Positions 1 through 10,670 of a stretch of 32,000 nucleotides of DNA are shown here, in pieces. Both the position numbers and the translations under genes were made by a program. Within the stretch, counting starts at the first letter, position 1; every line of letters begins with the position of its first letter. The DNA comes from Candidatus Saccharimonadota bacterium (lineage in GTDB: Bacteria > Pseudomonadota > Gammaproteobacteria > Enterobacterales > Enterobacteriaceae). The stretch spans positions 90,001 through 122,000 of the forward strand of contig CP043989.1 in the NCBI GenBank assembly GCA_015134435.1. The letters are read 5' to 3'. Under the pieces are notes generated by a model, which was not told the DNA's origin, made no database searches, and saw only the letters and a program-made list of their open reading frames with translations.

Positions 1-2390
1 ATATTTTTATTTTTATATATATATATTAATATTTTTTTTTTGTTAAGTGTATTTTTAATTTTTATTATTTTTTTAGTTTTACCATTTATTTGTAATATTA
101 TTTTTATTTTTTTTTTAATTATTATTTTTTTTTTATTTATTTTTGGTCATAAAGAATTGTCTATAATTTTTTTATTTTTCATTTTTTTTCATAAATAAAA
201 TGTAATATGAGGACAAAATGGATATATTAAAATTATAATTGTATTAATACATTTTTTTATTAAATTATAAATTTTTTTATTTTTTATTTTTTTATTTTTT
301 TTTATTAAATTAAAAAAAATCATTATTTTAGATATAATTGTATTAAAATTATTTTTTTTATTTAAAATATATGTTGTTTCTTTTATAATTTTATTTAATT
401 TATATTTTATATAATAATATTTTTTAATATTTATTTTTTTATTATAATTTATTTTTTTTTTTTTTTTAAAATTAAATATTAAAATTCATAATTTATTTAT
501 AAATCTATAACATCCTTTTATATTTAAATCATTTCAATATAAATTTTCATTTATAGGTGCAGAAAATATTATAAATAATCTTAATGTATCAGCTCCATAT
601 TTATTTATTATTTTTAAAGGATTTATTCCATTATTTTTAGATTTTGACATTTTATTTTTACCAGAATATATTAATTTTATATTTTTATTTTTTAAATAAA
701 AATATGTTTTATTATTTTTATATATTTTTTTAACATTTTTTTGTGATATTCAAATTTTTTTATTTTTTTTAAAATAATAATATGTATCTGATAAAACAAT
801 ACCTTGACAAATTAATCTTTTTACTGGTTCATTAGATTTTATTAATCCTATATTTTTAAAAAATTTATGAATAAATCTAAAATATATTAAATGCATTGTT
901 GCATGTTCTATTCCTCCTATATATGTATCTATAGGTAATCAATAATTAGCTTTTTTACTTTTAAATATATTTTTTTTATATTTTGGACATGTATATCTAA
1001 TATAATATCATGATGATTCCATAAAAGTATCAAGTGTATCTGTTTCTTTTTTTCAAATTTTATTTTTTAATTTTATTTTTTTTCATTTTTTTATTTTTTT
1101 TAAAAAATTTTTATTTGAATTAATATTTTTTATTTTAGGAAATTTAACAGGTAATTTATTTTTTTTTATAGTTTTATATTTGTTATTATTTTTTATTATA
1201 GGTATTGGAACACCTCAATACCTTTGTCTAGATATAACTCAATCTTTTAATTTAAAAATAATTTTTTTTTTAATTAATTTTTTTTTAATTAAATATTTTT
1301 TTATATTTTTAATATTTATTTTTTTTTTTTTTAATTTAATTAATTTATATTTTTTAATAAAATAATTATGTTGTTTATTAAAATTAGGACATATTAGTAT
1401 TGCATTTGTATTATATAATTCTTCTGTAAAATTAGTTATTCAAATAGGAATTTTATGTTTTGTAATTGGATTTTTTATATATAAATTAGTATTTATACCT
1501 ATACATTTATTAATATTTTTAATATTATTTTTATATATTTTGTTTTTTATTTTATTAAATATATTTGGATTTTTTTTTTTAATAAAATTAATTATTTTAT
1601 TATTAATAGATATACTTATACATAAAGTTGATATTAATAAATTTATATTTTTTATAAATATTTTTATTTTTTTTTTAGTTTTATAAATATTAATATTTAA
1701 TTCTAATCCTTTATATTTACCTATTCATTTTTTTTGCATATTTATGACTTTTTTAGGTCATTTATTTAATTTATTTAAATCATTATTTAATTTATTAGCA
1801 TATTTAGTTATTTTTATAAATCATTGTGATTTTTTTTTATATTTTATTATTGAATTACATCTTCAACATTTATTATTTATTACTTGTTCATTTGCTAATA
1901 CTGTTTTATCTATAGGACATCAATTAATTATTTTTTTTTTTTTATATATTAATTTTTTTTTAAATAATTTAATAAATAATAATTGTTCTCATTTATAATA
2001 TTTTGATTTACAAGTATTTATTTCTCTATTTCAATCATAACTTATACCTATTTTTTTAAGTTGTTTTTTCATATATTTTATATTTTTTTTTGTTCATTTT
2101 TTTGGAGAAATATTATTATTTATAGAAGCAATTTCAGCTGGTAAACCAAATGAATCTCATCCTATAGGATGTAATACATTTTTTTTTTTTAATCTTTGAT
2201 ATCTTGATATAATATCTCCTATTGTATAATTTCTTACATGTCCTATATGTAAATTTCCAGAAGGATAAGGTAACATACATAAACAATAATATTTTTTTTT
2301 TTTTTTATCTAATTTAACTTTAAAAATATTATATTTTTTTCAATATTTTTGTACTATTTTTTCTATTTTATTATGATTATATTTTTTCAT
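1..2390 (-). CDS. leuS: Leucyl-tRNA synthetase (3' end runs off the window; N-terminus complete)
   Basis: The minus frame is open from the ATG (complement of 2388-2390) to position 1 when TGA=Trp. Hand translation gives '[21 protein letters not shown]' (HIGH region), '[13 protein letters not shown]' (W = TGA at 2157-2159), '[12 protein letters not shown]...YGADTLRLF' near 600-660, '[12 protein letters not shown]' and '[10 protein letters not shown]' near 80-100. Confidence 0.95.
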
Positions 2391-2588
2391 TTTTTTATAA
2401 TATTTAAATAATTAAATATTTTTTTTTAATATTTAATTTTTTATTTATTTTAAATTTAATATTATTAATTTATATATATATTATTTTTTTTATAAATGTT
2501 TTAAATATAAATTATATAATAATATTATATTATTTATATTTTTAATAATTTATAAATATTTAATATATATTATGAATTTATTAATTTT

Positions 2589-3788
2589 TTATATATTATA
2601 TTTATTACATTTTGAACATATATAATTATATGATTTTTTAATATAATTATTCATTCTTTGTCTAGACATTTCTAATAAACCAAATTTAGATATACAACCT
2701 ATATTTATTTTTGCTTTATCTTTTTTTATTATTTCTTTTAAATTATTTTCTATTATTTTTTTATTTTTATTTAATGACATATCTATAAAATCTATTACAA
2801 TTAATCCTCCTATATTTCTTAATCTTAATTGTCTAATTATTTCTTTTGAAGCTTCTAAATTAATATTTAATGCAGTTGTTTCTATATTTGTTGATTTTTT
2901 ATATTTACCGGAATTTATATCTATTGATGTTAATGCTTCTGTTGTATCTATAATAATTGATCCACCTGAAGGTAAATTTATTTTTCTTTTATGTATTAAT
3001 TTTATTTGTTTTTCTATTTTAAAATATTTAAATAAAGGAATTTTTTTTTTATAAAATTTTATTTTATTTACTATTTTTTTTTTATTTAATTTATTTAAAT
3101 ATTTTACTAATAATTTATATTTTTTATAATTATCTATAAATATTTTATTTATATTTTCATATAAATAATTTTTAAATATTTTTATTAAAGTATTATTTTG
3201 TTTATATATTAAACATGGTTTGTTTTTTTTATTTGCTTTTTTTTTAATTTTTTTTCATTTTTTTATACTTGATAATAAATTAAATTTTAAAGATTTTAAA
3301 TTTTCATGTATTCCTAATGTACGTATTATTATTCCTATATTTTTAGGTAAATTTAATTTATTTATCATAAATTTCATTTTTTTTCTATTTTTTCCAATTA
3401 TTTTTTTTGATATTCCAATTAATTTTGGATTATTTGGCATTAATATTATATTATTTTTTATTATTGTTATAAATGTAGTTAAAAAAGCGCATTTATTATT
3501 TCTTTCTTCTTTATTTATTTGTACTATTAATTCTTTTCCTTTATATAATTTATTTTTTAAATATTTTTTTGATATTTTTTTTATTGGTAAAAAACCATTT
3601 TTTTTTTCTCCATAATCTATAAATACAGCTTCTAAACTTAATTCTATTCTTGATATTTTTCCTTTATATATATTTAATTTTTTTTTTTTATATTTTTTAT
3701 TTTCTATATTTAAATCATGTAATTTTTTATTTTTTATTAAAGCTACACGTAATTCATTTTTTGTGCAATTTATTAATATTTTTTTCAT
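2589..3788 (-). CDS. rne: Ribonuclease E/G family endoribonuclease, minimal 399-aa form (catalytic N-terminal half only)
   Basis: ORF pieces 3255-3788 and 2589-2780 are in one frame (1200 nt), joined through in-frame TGA codons. The N-terminus 'MKKILINCTKNELRVALIKNKKLHDLNIE...NIYKGKISRIELSLEAVFIDYGEKKNGFLP' is an RNase E S1-domain signature. The C-terminus reads 'ISKFGLLEMSRQR...ICSKCNKYNI*' and contains a CxxC Zn-link-like motif. It is divergent from rluC, as E. coli rne is. True TAA stop at 2589-2591. Confidence 0.85.
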
Positions 3789-3879
3789 TATTTTATTCTC
3801 TAAATTATTTATTTTATATTTTAAATTATATTTTATTAAATTAAATAGTTTATTATTAAATAATTATTTATAATATAAA

Positions 3880-4803
3880 ATGGTTAATAGTTTTTTTTTA
3901 AATTTTATAAAAATTGATTGTAATAATGTAGATCAACGTATTGATAATTTTTTATTTAAAAAAATTAAAAATTTACCTAAAAATAAAATATATTCTTTAT
4001 TACGTAAAGGTAATATTAGAGTAAATAAAAAACGTATTTCTTATAATTATAAATTAAAAATAAATGATATAATTAGAATTCCGTTAATAAATATAAAAAA
4101 AAATATATATATTGATAAATATATCACAAATAAATTTAAAAATTATATTATTTATGAAGATAAATATATGATAGCTATTAATAAACCTTATGGTATTTCA
4201 GTACATGGAGGTAGTAAAATTAATTTAAATATTATAGATATTTTTAGATCTATTTATATTAAAAATAATTTAGAATTAATACATCGTATTGATAAATTTA
4301 CTTCTGGTTTATTATTAATTTCTAAAAATATATGATTATTACGTTTTTTACATAAAAATTTTAAATTAAATAAAATAAAAAAAAAATATATTGCTTTAGT
4401 ATATGGTATATGACCAAATTATATTAAATATATAAAAAATTATATTTATAAAAAAAGATATTTTTCATGTATATCAAATAATTTTAATAAAGGTAAATTG
4501 TCTAAAACATTATTTTATATAAAAAAATATTTTAAAAAATATACATTATTAGATATTATACCAAGTACTGGTAGAAATCATCAAATAAGATTACATACAA
4601 GTTATTTAGGATATCCAATTATAGGAGATAATATATATGGTAATAAAAAACAAAATAATAATTTTTTTATAAAATTTAATATAAAAAGATTGTTTTTACA
4701 TTCTTATTCTATATATTTTTTTCATCCTTTTTTAAATAAATATATAAAATTATATGCTAATTTAGATAAAAATTTTTTATCAATTATAAATAAATTAATT
4801 TAA
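3880..4803 (+). CDS. rluC: 23S rRNA pseudouridine synthase, RluC-like (RluA family with S4 domain)
   Basis: Pieces 3880-4335 and 4498-4803 share a frame (924 nt) through TGA codons. Motifs include '[37 protein letters not shown]' (S4 domain), '[16 protein letters not shown]' (catalytic Asp) and 'GRNHQIRLH'. It is divergent from rne, as in E. coli. Confidence 0.85.
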
Positions 4804-4826
4804 TTTTTAAAATTATAAAAAATAAT

Positions 4827-4830
4827 AAGG
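4827..4830 (+). promoter_or_regulatory. Shine-Dalgarno-like AAGG, 8 nt upstream of the rpmF ATG
   Basis: 'aataAAGGttaataatATG'. These are the only G residues in an otherwise pure A/T leader. The same motif and spacing occur before rpsP and rplS. Confidence 0.45.
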
Positions 4831-4838
4831 TTAATAAT

Positions 4839-5003
4839 ATGGCTGTACAAAAAAGTAAAAAAAGTAGATCAAAAAGAGGTCATCGTAGATCACATGATAA
4901 TTTATCTTTACCTGTATTATATAAAAATAAAATAAATAATGAAATAAGTTTATATCATCATATTAGTAAAAATGGTTTTTATAAAGGAAAAAAAGTTATA
5001 TAA
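4839..5003 (+). CDS. rpmF: 50S ribosomal protein L32 (54 aa; below the ORF-track size cutoff)
   Basis: Hand translation is '[54 protein letters not shown]'. It matches the L32 pattern MAVQ..K.SRSKRG.RRSHD...HH....G.Y.G.KVI. TAA stop at 5001-5003. Confidence 0.9.
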   Translation: MAVQKSKKSRSKRGHRRSHDNLSLPVLYKNKINNEISLYHHISKNGFYKGKKVI

Positions 5004-5113
5004 ATAATTTATAATTTTTATTTGAAAAAAAAAATAAATATGTATAAAATTTATATGTATATTTTTTAATAAATATATTTTTTAATTAATAATTTTTATA
5101 GGTTATATTAAAT

Positions 5114-5356
5114 ATGTGTAATATAGAAAATCGTATTAAAAAAATAATTAGTGATCAATTAAATATTAAATTAGAAAATATAAAAAATGAAAAATCTTTT
5201 ATTAATGATTTAGGAGCTGATTCTTTAGATGTAATAGAATTAATAATGGCATTAGAAGAAGAATTTAATATAGAGATATCTGATGATGAAGCTGAAAAAA
5301 TTATTAATGTTCAATCAGCTATAGATTGTATAAATTCTTTAAAAAATAAAAAATAA
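5114..5356 (+). CDS. acpP: Acyl carrier protein
   Basis: The 80-aa ORF carries the phosphopantetheine attachment motif '[19 protein letters not shown]' and is collinear with E. coli AcpP along its whole length. Confidence 0.95.
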   Translation: MCNIENRIKKIISDQLNIKLENIKNEKSFINDLGADSLDVIELIMALEEEFNIEISDDEAEKIINVQSAIDCINSLKNKK

Positions 5357-5430
5357 TTATTTTTTTAATTATTTATAAATTTAAATTTTTAAAAAAATTA
5401 TATTATAATATATTAATAATTAATATATTC

Positions 5431-5479
5431 AATAATTTTATTAGTCTGAATTATTATATTCAGATTAATAAAATTTATT
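5431..5479. terminator. Long imperfect hairpin in the acpP/sufE convergent spacer (candidate bidirectional terminator)
   Basis: The left arm 'aataattttattagtctgaat' (5431-5451), a 'tattat' loop and the right arm 'attcagattaataaaatttatt' (5458-5479) form a stem of about 21 bp. The stem has one G:U position and one bulge. It contains the only G/C cluster (gtctga/tcagat) in a 294-bp spacer. Confidence 0.4.
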
Positions 5480-5650
5480 GTTATATGTTTTAATATATAA
5501 ATTAAAAAATTAAATTTGTTATTTATTATATAAAATTTTTAATATATTTAAATTTAAAAATAATATAAAATATTAATTTTTTATTATATTTAATAATAAT
5601 TATTTATTTAATAAATTTTATTTTTATTATTAATAATTTATATATATATT

Positions 5651-6061
5651 TTAAAAATTATTTATTTTTTTTTTTATATATAAAAAAATAGATTTTAATC
5701 CTATAATTTTATAATTTAATATATTATTAAATATATTTATTTTTTTTAGAATATTTTTAATATTTATTTTTTTTATTTTTTTAATTTTTTTATTATTTAA
5801 AATTATTATTATAATACTTAAAATTCCTTTTATTATTAAAGAATCACTATCTGCATTTATTTTTATAAAATTATTTTTATTTTTTATTTTAATTCATATA
5901 TTAGTTTGACAACCATATATAATATTTTTTTTATTTTTTATATTTTTTTTTTTTAAAGGTAATATTTTACTTAGTTCGATTAAATAAATTAATTTATCTT
6001 TATATTTTTTTAATAAGATTATTTCTTTAAAAATTTTTTTTTTTGATATTAATTTATACAT
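5651..6061 (-). CDS. sufE: Cysteine desulfuration (sulfur acceptor) protein SufE, 136 aa
   Basis: Hand translation is 'MYKLISKKKIFKEIILLKKYKDKLIYLIELSKILPLKKK...IIYGCQTNIWIKIK...INADSDSLIIKGILSIIII'. It contains the SufE active-site 'GCQ..(V/I)W' Cys motif (W = TGA) and the 'DSD..I.KG' motif. The gene lies immediately downstream of sufS. TAA stop at 5651-5653. Confidence 0.85.
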
Positions 6062-6062
6062 T

Positions 6063-7292
6063 TTATTTTTTTAAATTAATAATTTTTTTTAATACATATA
6101 TAAATGTATTAATATCTTTTTTTGATGTATACATTGCTATTGATAATCTACAAATACCAGATATATTATATAATTTCATTGTTGGAATAGCACATTGATT
6201 TCCAGTTCTTATAAATATACCATTTTGATTTAATAACATTCCTATATCATAGCAATGATTATTTTTTACATTAAATGATATAATACTTATTTTTTTTTTT
6301 GATCCATATATTATTATTTCAGGTATATTTTTTAGTTTATTTAATGTATATTTAATTATTTTTTTTTCATAATTAATTATATTTTTTATTCCTATTTTAT
6401 TAATATAATTAATTGCATCTCCTAATCCTATGATAGATTCTATATTTAAAGTGCCAGATTCAAATTTTCATGGAGAATTAATAAATTGTATATTATTTAT
6501 TTTATATTTTTTTATATTTATATTAGCTATTATTCCTCCTCCTGATTTTCATATATTAAGATTATTTAAATTTTTTTTTTTACAATATAATATTCCTGTT
6601 CCTGTTGGTGCATAAATTTTATGACCTGAAAATATATAAAAATCACAATTTATTTTTTGAACATTTATTTTTATATGAGATATAGCTTGTGATCCATCTA
6701 TTATAGTTAATATATTTTTTTTTTTTGCTATTTTTATTATTTTTTTTATTGGATTTTTAATACCTAATACATTTGAAATATGTGTAATTGATATTATTTT
6801 AGTATTTTTATTTATTTTTTTTTTTAAATCATTTATATTTATAAATCCTTTTTTATTAATTTTAATTATTTTTAATTTATAATTAATTTTTTTAGATATT
6901 AAATATCATGGTATTATATTTGAATGATGTTCAATTATAGATATAATTATATTATCATTTTTATTAATATTTTTTGTTAAACTATATGCTAAAAAATTAA
7001 GTGATTCTGTACTATTATTAGTAAATATTATTTCTTCTGGAGATTTTGCATTTATAAATTTTGATATTTTTATTCTTATTTCTTCTATTTTATTTGAATT
7101 TATATTACTTAATGTATAAATACTTCTATTTACTGAAGAATAATAATTTTTATAAAATTTAGTTTGATTTTTTATTACTATTTTTGGTTTTTGAGATGTA
7201 GATGCATTATCTAAATATATTATTCTTTTTTTATTTATTCTTTTTTTTAATATTGGAAAATCTAATCTTATTTTATTTATATTATAAATCAT
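6063..7292 (-). CDS. sufS: Cysteine desulfurase SufS (class V aminotransferase), 409 aa
   Basis: The N-terminal piece 6906-7292 reads 'FPILKKRINKKRIIYLDNASTSQKP...IIFTNNSTESLN...IEHHSNIIP' followed by TGA (W). Hand translation downstream gives 'SGHKIYAPTGTGILY', 'WKSGGG', 'PWKFESGTLN' and 'IRTGNQCAIP' (catalytic Cys). The 1230 nt form one frame. TAA stop at 6063-6065. Confidence 0.93.
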
Positions 7293-7293
7293 T

Positions 7294-8280
7294 TTATTTA
7301 TATTTTTTTATTATTATTTTATATATATATTTTTTTATTATTTTATTTTTAATTTTATTGATTATATCATTAATAAATATTATATATAATATTTTTTTAA
7401 TTTTATATGTATTTAAACTTCTAGTAGATAAATAAAAATATATTTTTTTATTAATACTATTTATAGTTATTTTATGTTTACAATTTGATTTTTTATTTTT
7501 AATATTTAATTGAGGTTTTGTAAATATTAAATTAGGTTTATTAAAACATAAATTGTTATTTTCTAAATAAATTATACTATTATAAGATTTTTTAAGTATT
7601 GTTATTATTGTTATAATTTTTATTATTCCATTTGATAAAATTATATTTTTATATTTTTGATAACTTTTTGAATTACATTTATTATGTATAATATGTATTT
7701 TATAATAAATTTTAATTTTTTTTTTAATTATATAAATACCATTAATATTTATATGAGAATTTTTATATAAATTTATTATATTTTTAATTTTTATTTTTTT
7801 TGAATTTATTAAAAATATATATTTATTAAATATAGATTTTTTTTTAATTTTAATATTTTTTTTATTTATAAAAATTGATTTTTTATTTAAATTAATAATT
7901 TTAAAATAATTTAATTTAACATTTTTTTTAATAATTATATTTAATTTATAATTTATATATTTTTTTTTTTTTTTATTTATATCAATATGTTCTTCAATAA
8001 TATTTATATAATTATTTTTTTTTATTATTAATTTAATATTGTTATTAATATTATTATTTTTATATAAATAAATAATATGTATTATTATATTTTTGTTATA
8101 TATTTTATAAATAATTATATTTATATTATTGTTTAATTTATTATTTAATATTTTAATATTTATTAAATTATTTATATATTTAGTTATATATATTTTATTA
8201 TTATTTTTTTTTATTAAAATAATAATTTTAATAAATTTAATTTTTATAATATTTTTATTTAATAAATTTTTTATAACCAT
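7294..8280 (-). CDS. sufD: Putative Fe-S cluster assembly protein SufD (highly degenerate, 328 aa)
   Basis: The uninterrupted 328-codon ORF sits exactly between sufC and sufS, 1 nt from the sufS start, in the canonical sufBCDSE order. The sequence is almost entirely I/K/N/L/Y with a single Met (the start). The call therefore rests on position and size, not on motifs. The start overlaps the sufC 3' end by 26 nt. Confidence 0.55.
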   Translation of the reverse strand: MVIKNLLNKNIIKIKFIKIIILIKKNNNKIYITKYINNLINIKILNNKLNNNINIIIYKIYNKNIIIHIIYLYKNNNINNNIKLIIKKNNYINIIEEHIDINKKKKKYINYKLNIIIKKNVKLNYFKIINLNKKSIFINKKNIKIKKKSIFNKYIFLINSKKIKIKNIINLYKNSHININGIYIIKKKIKIYYKIHIIHNKCNSKSYQKYKNIILSNGIIKIITIITILKKSYNSIIYLENNNLCFNKPNLIFTKPQLNIKNKKSNCKHKITINSINKKIYFYLSTRSLNTYKIKKILYIIFINDIINKIKNKIIKKYIYKIIIKKYK

Positions 8281-9001
8281 ATTTTTTTATTATTTTATAT
8301 ATATTTTTTTTACTTGATTTAATTATTCTACCTTTATGTAAAATATGAATAAAATCTGTATTAAGATTATTAATAATTTTTGGATTATGTGTAATTATTA
8401 AAAAAGATTTATTTTTTTTTTTTAAATTATTTATTATATTTAAAATTAAATTTAAATTATTTATATCTAAACCTGAATCTATTTCATCTAAAATAATCAT
8501 TTTAGGTTTTAATAATAATATTTGAAGAATATCATTTTTTTTTTTTTCTCCTCCTGAAAAATTTTCATTTAATGATCTAGATAAAAATTTTTTAGAAAAA
8601 TTTAATTTTTTTATTATTTTATATATTTTTTTTCTTATTTCTATAATATTAAGAATTTTTTTTTTATTATATTTTCTTATTGAATTAATACATTGTTGTA
8701 AAAAAAATTCATTATTTAAACCTGGTATTTCAATAGAATTTTGAAATGATATAAATAATCCTTTTTTAGCTCTTTTATTTACTGATAATTTATTTATTTT
8801 AATTTTATTAAATAATATTTTTCCTTTTGTAATTCTATATTTTTTATTACCTGCTATTACTAATGATAAAGTACTTTTTCCAGAACCATTTGGACCCATT
8901 AAAATATGTATTTCTTTTTTTTTTATTTTTAAATTTAAATTATTTATTATTTTTTTTTTTTTAAATTTAACATTTAATTTTTTTATATTTAATATATACA
9001 T
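8255..9001 (-). CDS. sufC: Fe-S cluster assembly ATPase SufC
   Basis: The 248-aa ORF has Walker A 'GPNGSGKST', ABC signature 'FSGGEKKK', Walker B 'ILDEIDSGLD' and the H-loop 'IITH'. It sits between sufB and sufD. Confidence 0.93.
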   Translation of the reverse strand: MYILNIKKLNVKFKKKKIINNLNLKIKKKEIHILMGPNGSGKSTLSLVIAGNKKYRITKGKILFNKIKINKLSVNKRAKKGLFISFQNSIEIPGLNNEFFLQQCINSIRKYNKKKILNIIEIRKKIYKIIKKLNFSKKFLSRSLNENFSGGEKKKNDILQILLLKPKMIILDEIDSGLDINNLNLILNIINNLKKKNKSFLIITHNPKIINNLNTDFIHILHKGRIIKSSKKNIYKIIKKYGYKKFIK

Positions 9002-9006
9002 TGTTT

Positions 9007-10386
9007 TTAATTATTAAATATATTATGTTTAATTTCTAAATAATATTCTATAGGTAACATATTTAATATTTTTTCACAAAAACCATTTATAATCATATAT
9101 TTTGCATTTTTTTTATTTATACCTCTTTGTAATAAAAAAAATATTTGTTCTTTTTTTATATATGATGAATATGTTTCATGTTCTATATTACAATATTTAT
9201 TTTTTGATTGTATAGATGGAATTGTATAAACAGAAGAATTTTTACCTATTATTAATGAATCACATTGAGTAAAATTTTTAGATTTTTTTGATTTTTTATA
9301 TATTTTAACTATACTTCTATGAGTATTTCTACTTTTATCTTGTGCTATATTTTTAGCTATAATTATTGATTTAGTTTTTTTTCCTATATGAATCATTTTT
9401 GTACCAGTATCAGATTGTTGATTTAATTTAGTAAGTGATAATGAATAAAAATTACCTATAGATTTATTACCTAATAATATAGTACTAGGATATTTTCAAT
9501 TTATATTAGCTCCTTTTTCTATTTGTATTCAAGATATTTTACTATTTTTACCTTTACATAATGCTCTTTTTGTAACAAAATTATATATACCACCTTTTTT
9601 AAATTTATTTCCAGGAAATCAATTTTGTATAGTAGAATATTTTATTTTTGCATTATCATATAAAATAATTTCTACTACTGCTGCATGTAATTGATTTTTT
9701 TTTCTTTTTGGAGCAGAACATCCTTCTATATAATTTAAATAACTATTTTTTTTAAGTATTATTAAAGTTCTTTCAAATTGTCCTATATTTTTAGCATTTA
9801 TTCTAAAATAAGATGATAAATTAATTGGACAAGAAATATTTTTTGGAATATATATAAATGTTCCATCTGATAAAACTGCTGTATTAAGAGAAGAAAAAAA
9901 ATTATCATTTATTGGAATTATTTTACATATGTATTTTTTTATTAATTTAGGATATTTTTTTATTGCTTCATTTATTGAACAAAATATTATTCCTAATTTT
10001 AAAAGATTTTTTTTATAAGTTGTTTTTATAGATATAGAATCTAATATAGCATCTACTGCAATATTATTTATATTTTTTTTTAATGGAATTTTTAATTTTT
10101 TAAATATTTTTTTTATTTTTTTATTTTTTTTTTTTTTTGGTGCAGAATAATATTTATATTTTTTATAATTTATTTTTTTATATTTACCATTAAATCATTT
10201 TGGTTCTTTCATTTTTTTTCATATATTAAATGCTTTTAATCTTAAATTAAGCATTCAATTTGGTTCATTTCTTTTTTTTGAAATTTTAATTATAGTATTC
10301 GTATTTATACCTTTTTTTATATCATCATTTTTTATATTTATTTTAAAACCTTGTTTATATTTATTTATATATTTTTTATTTAACAT
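9007..10386 (-). CDS. sufB: Fe-S cluster assembly scaffold SufB, 459 aa
   Basis: The C-terminal piece 9007-9396 includes '[21 protein letters not shown]...[22 protein letters not shown]'. Hand translation of the N-terminus from the ATG (complement of 10384-10386) gives '[14 protein letters not shown]...[30 protein letters not shown]', with W = TGA. The 1380 nt form one frame. Confidence 0.92.
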
Positions 10387-10670
10387 TTGATTTATGATAA
10401 ATTATTATATTTTATTATAATTTTTATTTATATTATTTAAAATTATAATATATTTATTAAATAATAAATTTTTATTAAAATATTTATTTTTTAATTAATG
10501 AAATATTATTATAATTTATTAATAATTTAATTATAAATTATTAAATATATTTATTTTTAATATTATAATTTTTATTTTTTTTAATATTTTATTATTTTGA
10601 TTATTATATATAATATATTAATTTTTATTAAAAATATATATTATATATTTAATTATAGTTATTATATAAT

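Noticed and set aside
1180-1998. Plus-strand ORFs 1180-1365 and 1744-1998 (F/I/L-rich)
   Set aside because: They are antisense shadows of leuS. They are T-rich mirror images of a K/N/I-rich gene, have no motifs and lie fully inside a well-supported CDS.
2391-2588. The leuS/rne spacer, plus spacers 10387-10670 and 22245-22413, screened for small RNAs (tmRNA, 4.5S, RNase P RNA) or further tRNAs
   Set aside because: These spacers are essentially free of G/C and cannot form the conserved helices of these RNAs. No acceptor or T-arm-like GTTC/GAAC elements were seen.
3220-3844. Plus-strand ORFs 3220-3615 (131 aa) and 3650-3844 (64 aa)
   Set aside because: They are antisense to rne and have the same F/I/L shadow composition. 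The rne frame carries clear S1-domain and catalytic motifs.
6430-8317. Plus-strand ORFs 6430-6615, 7202-7435 and 8129-8317
   Set aside because: They are antisense shadows of sufS, of the sufS/sufD junction and of the sufD/sufC junction respectively. They show no independent support.
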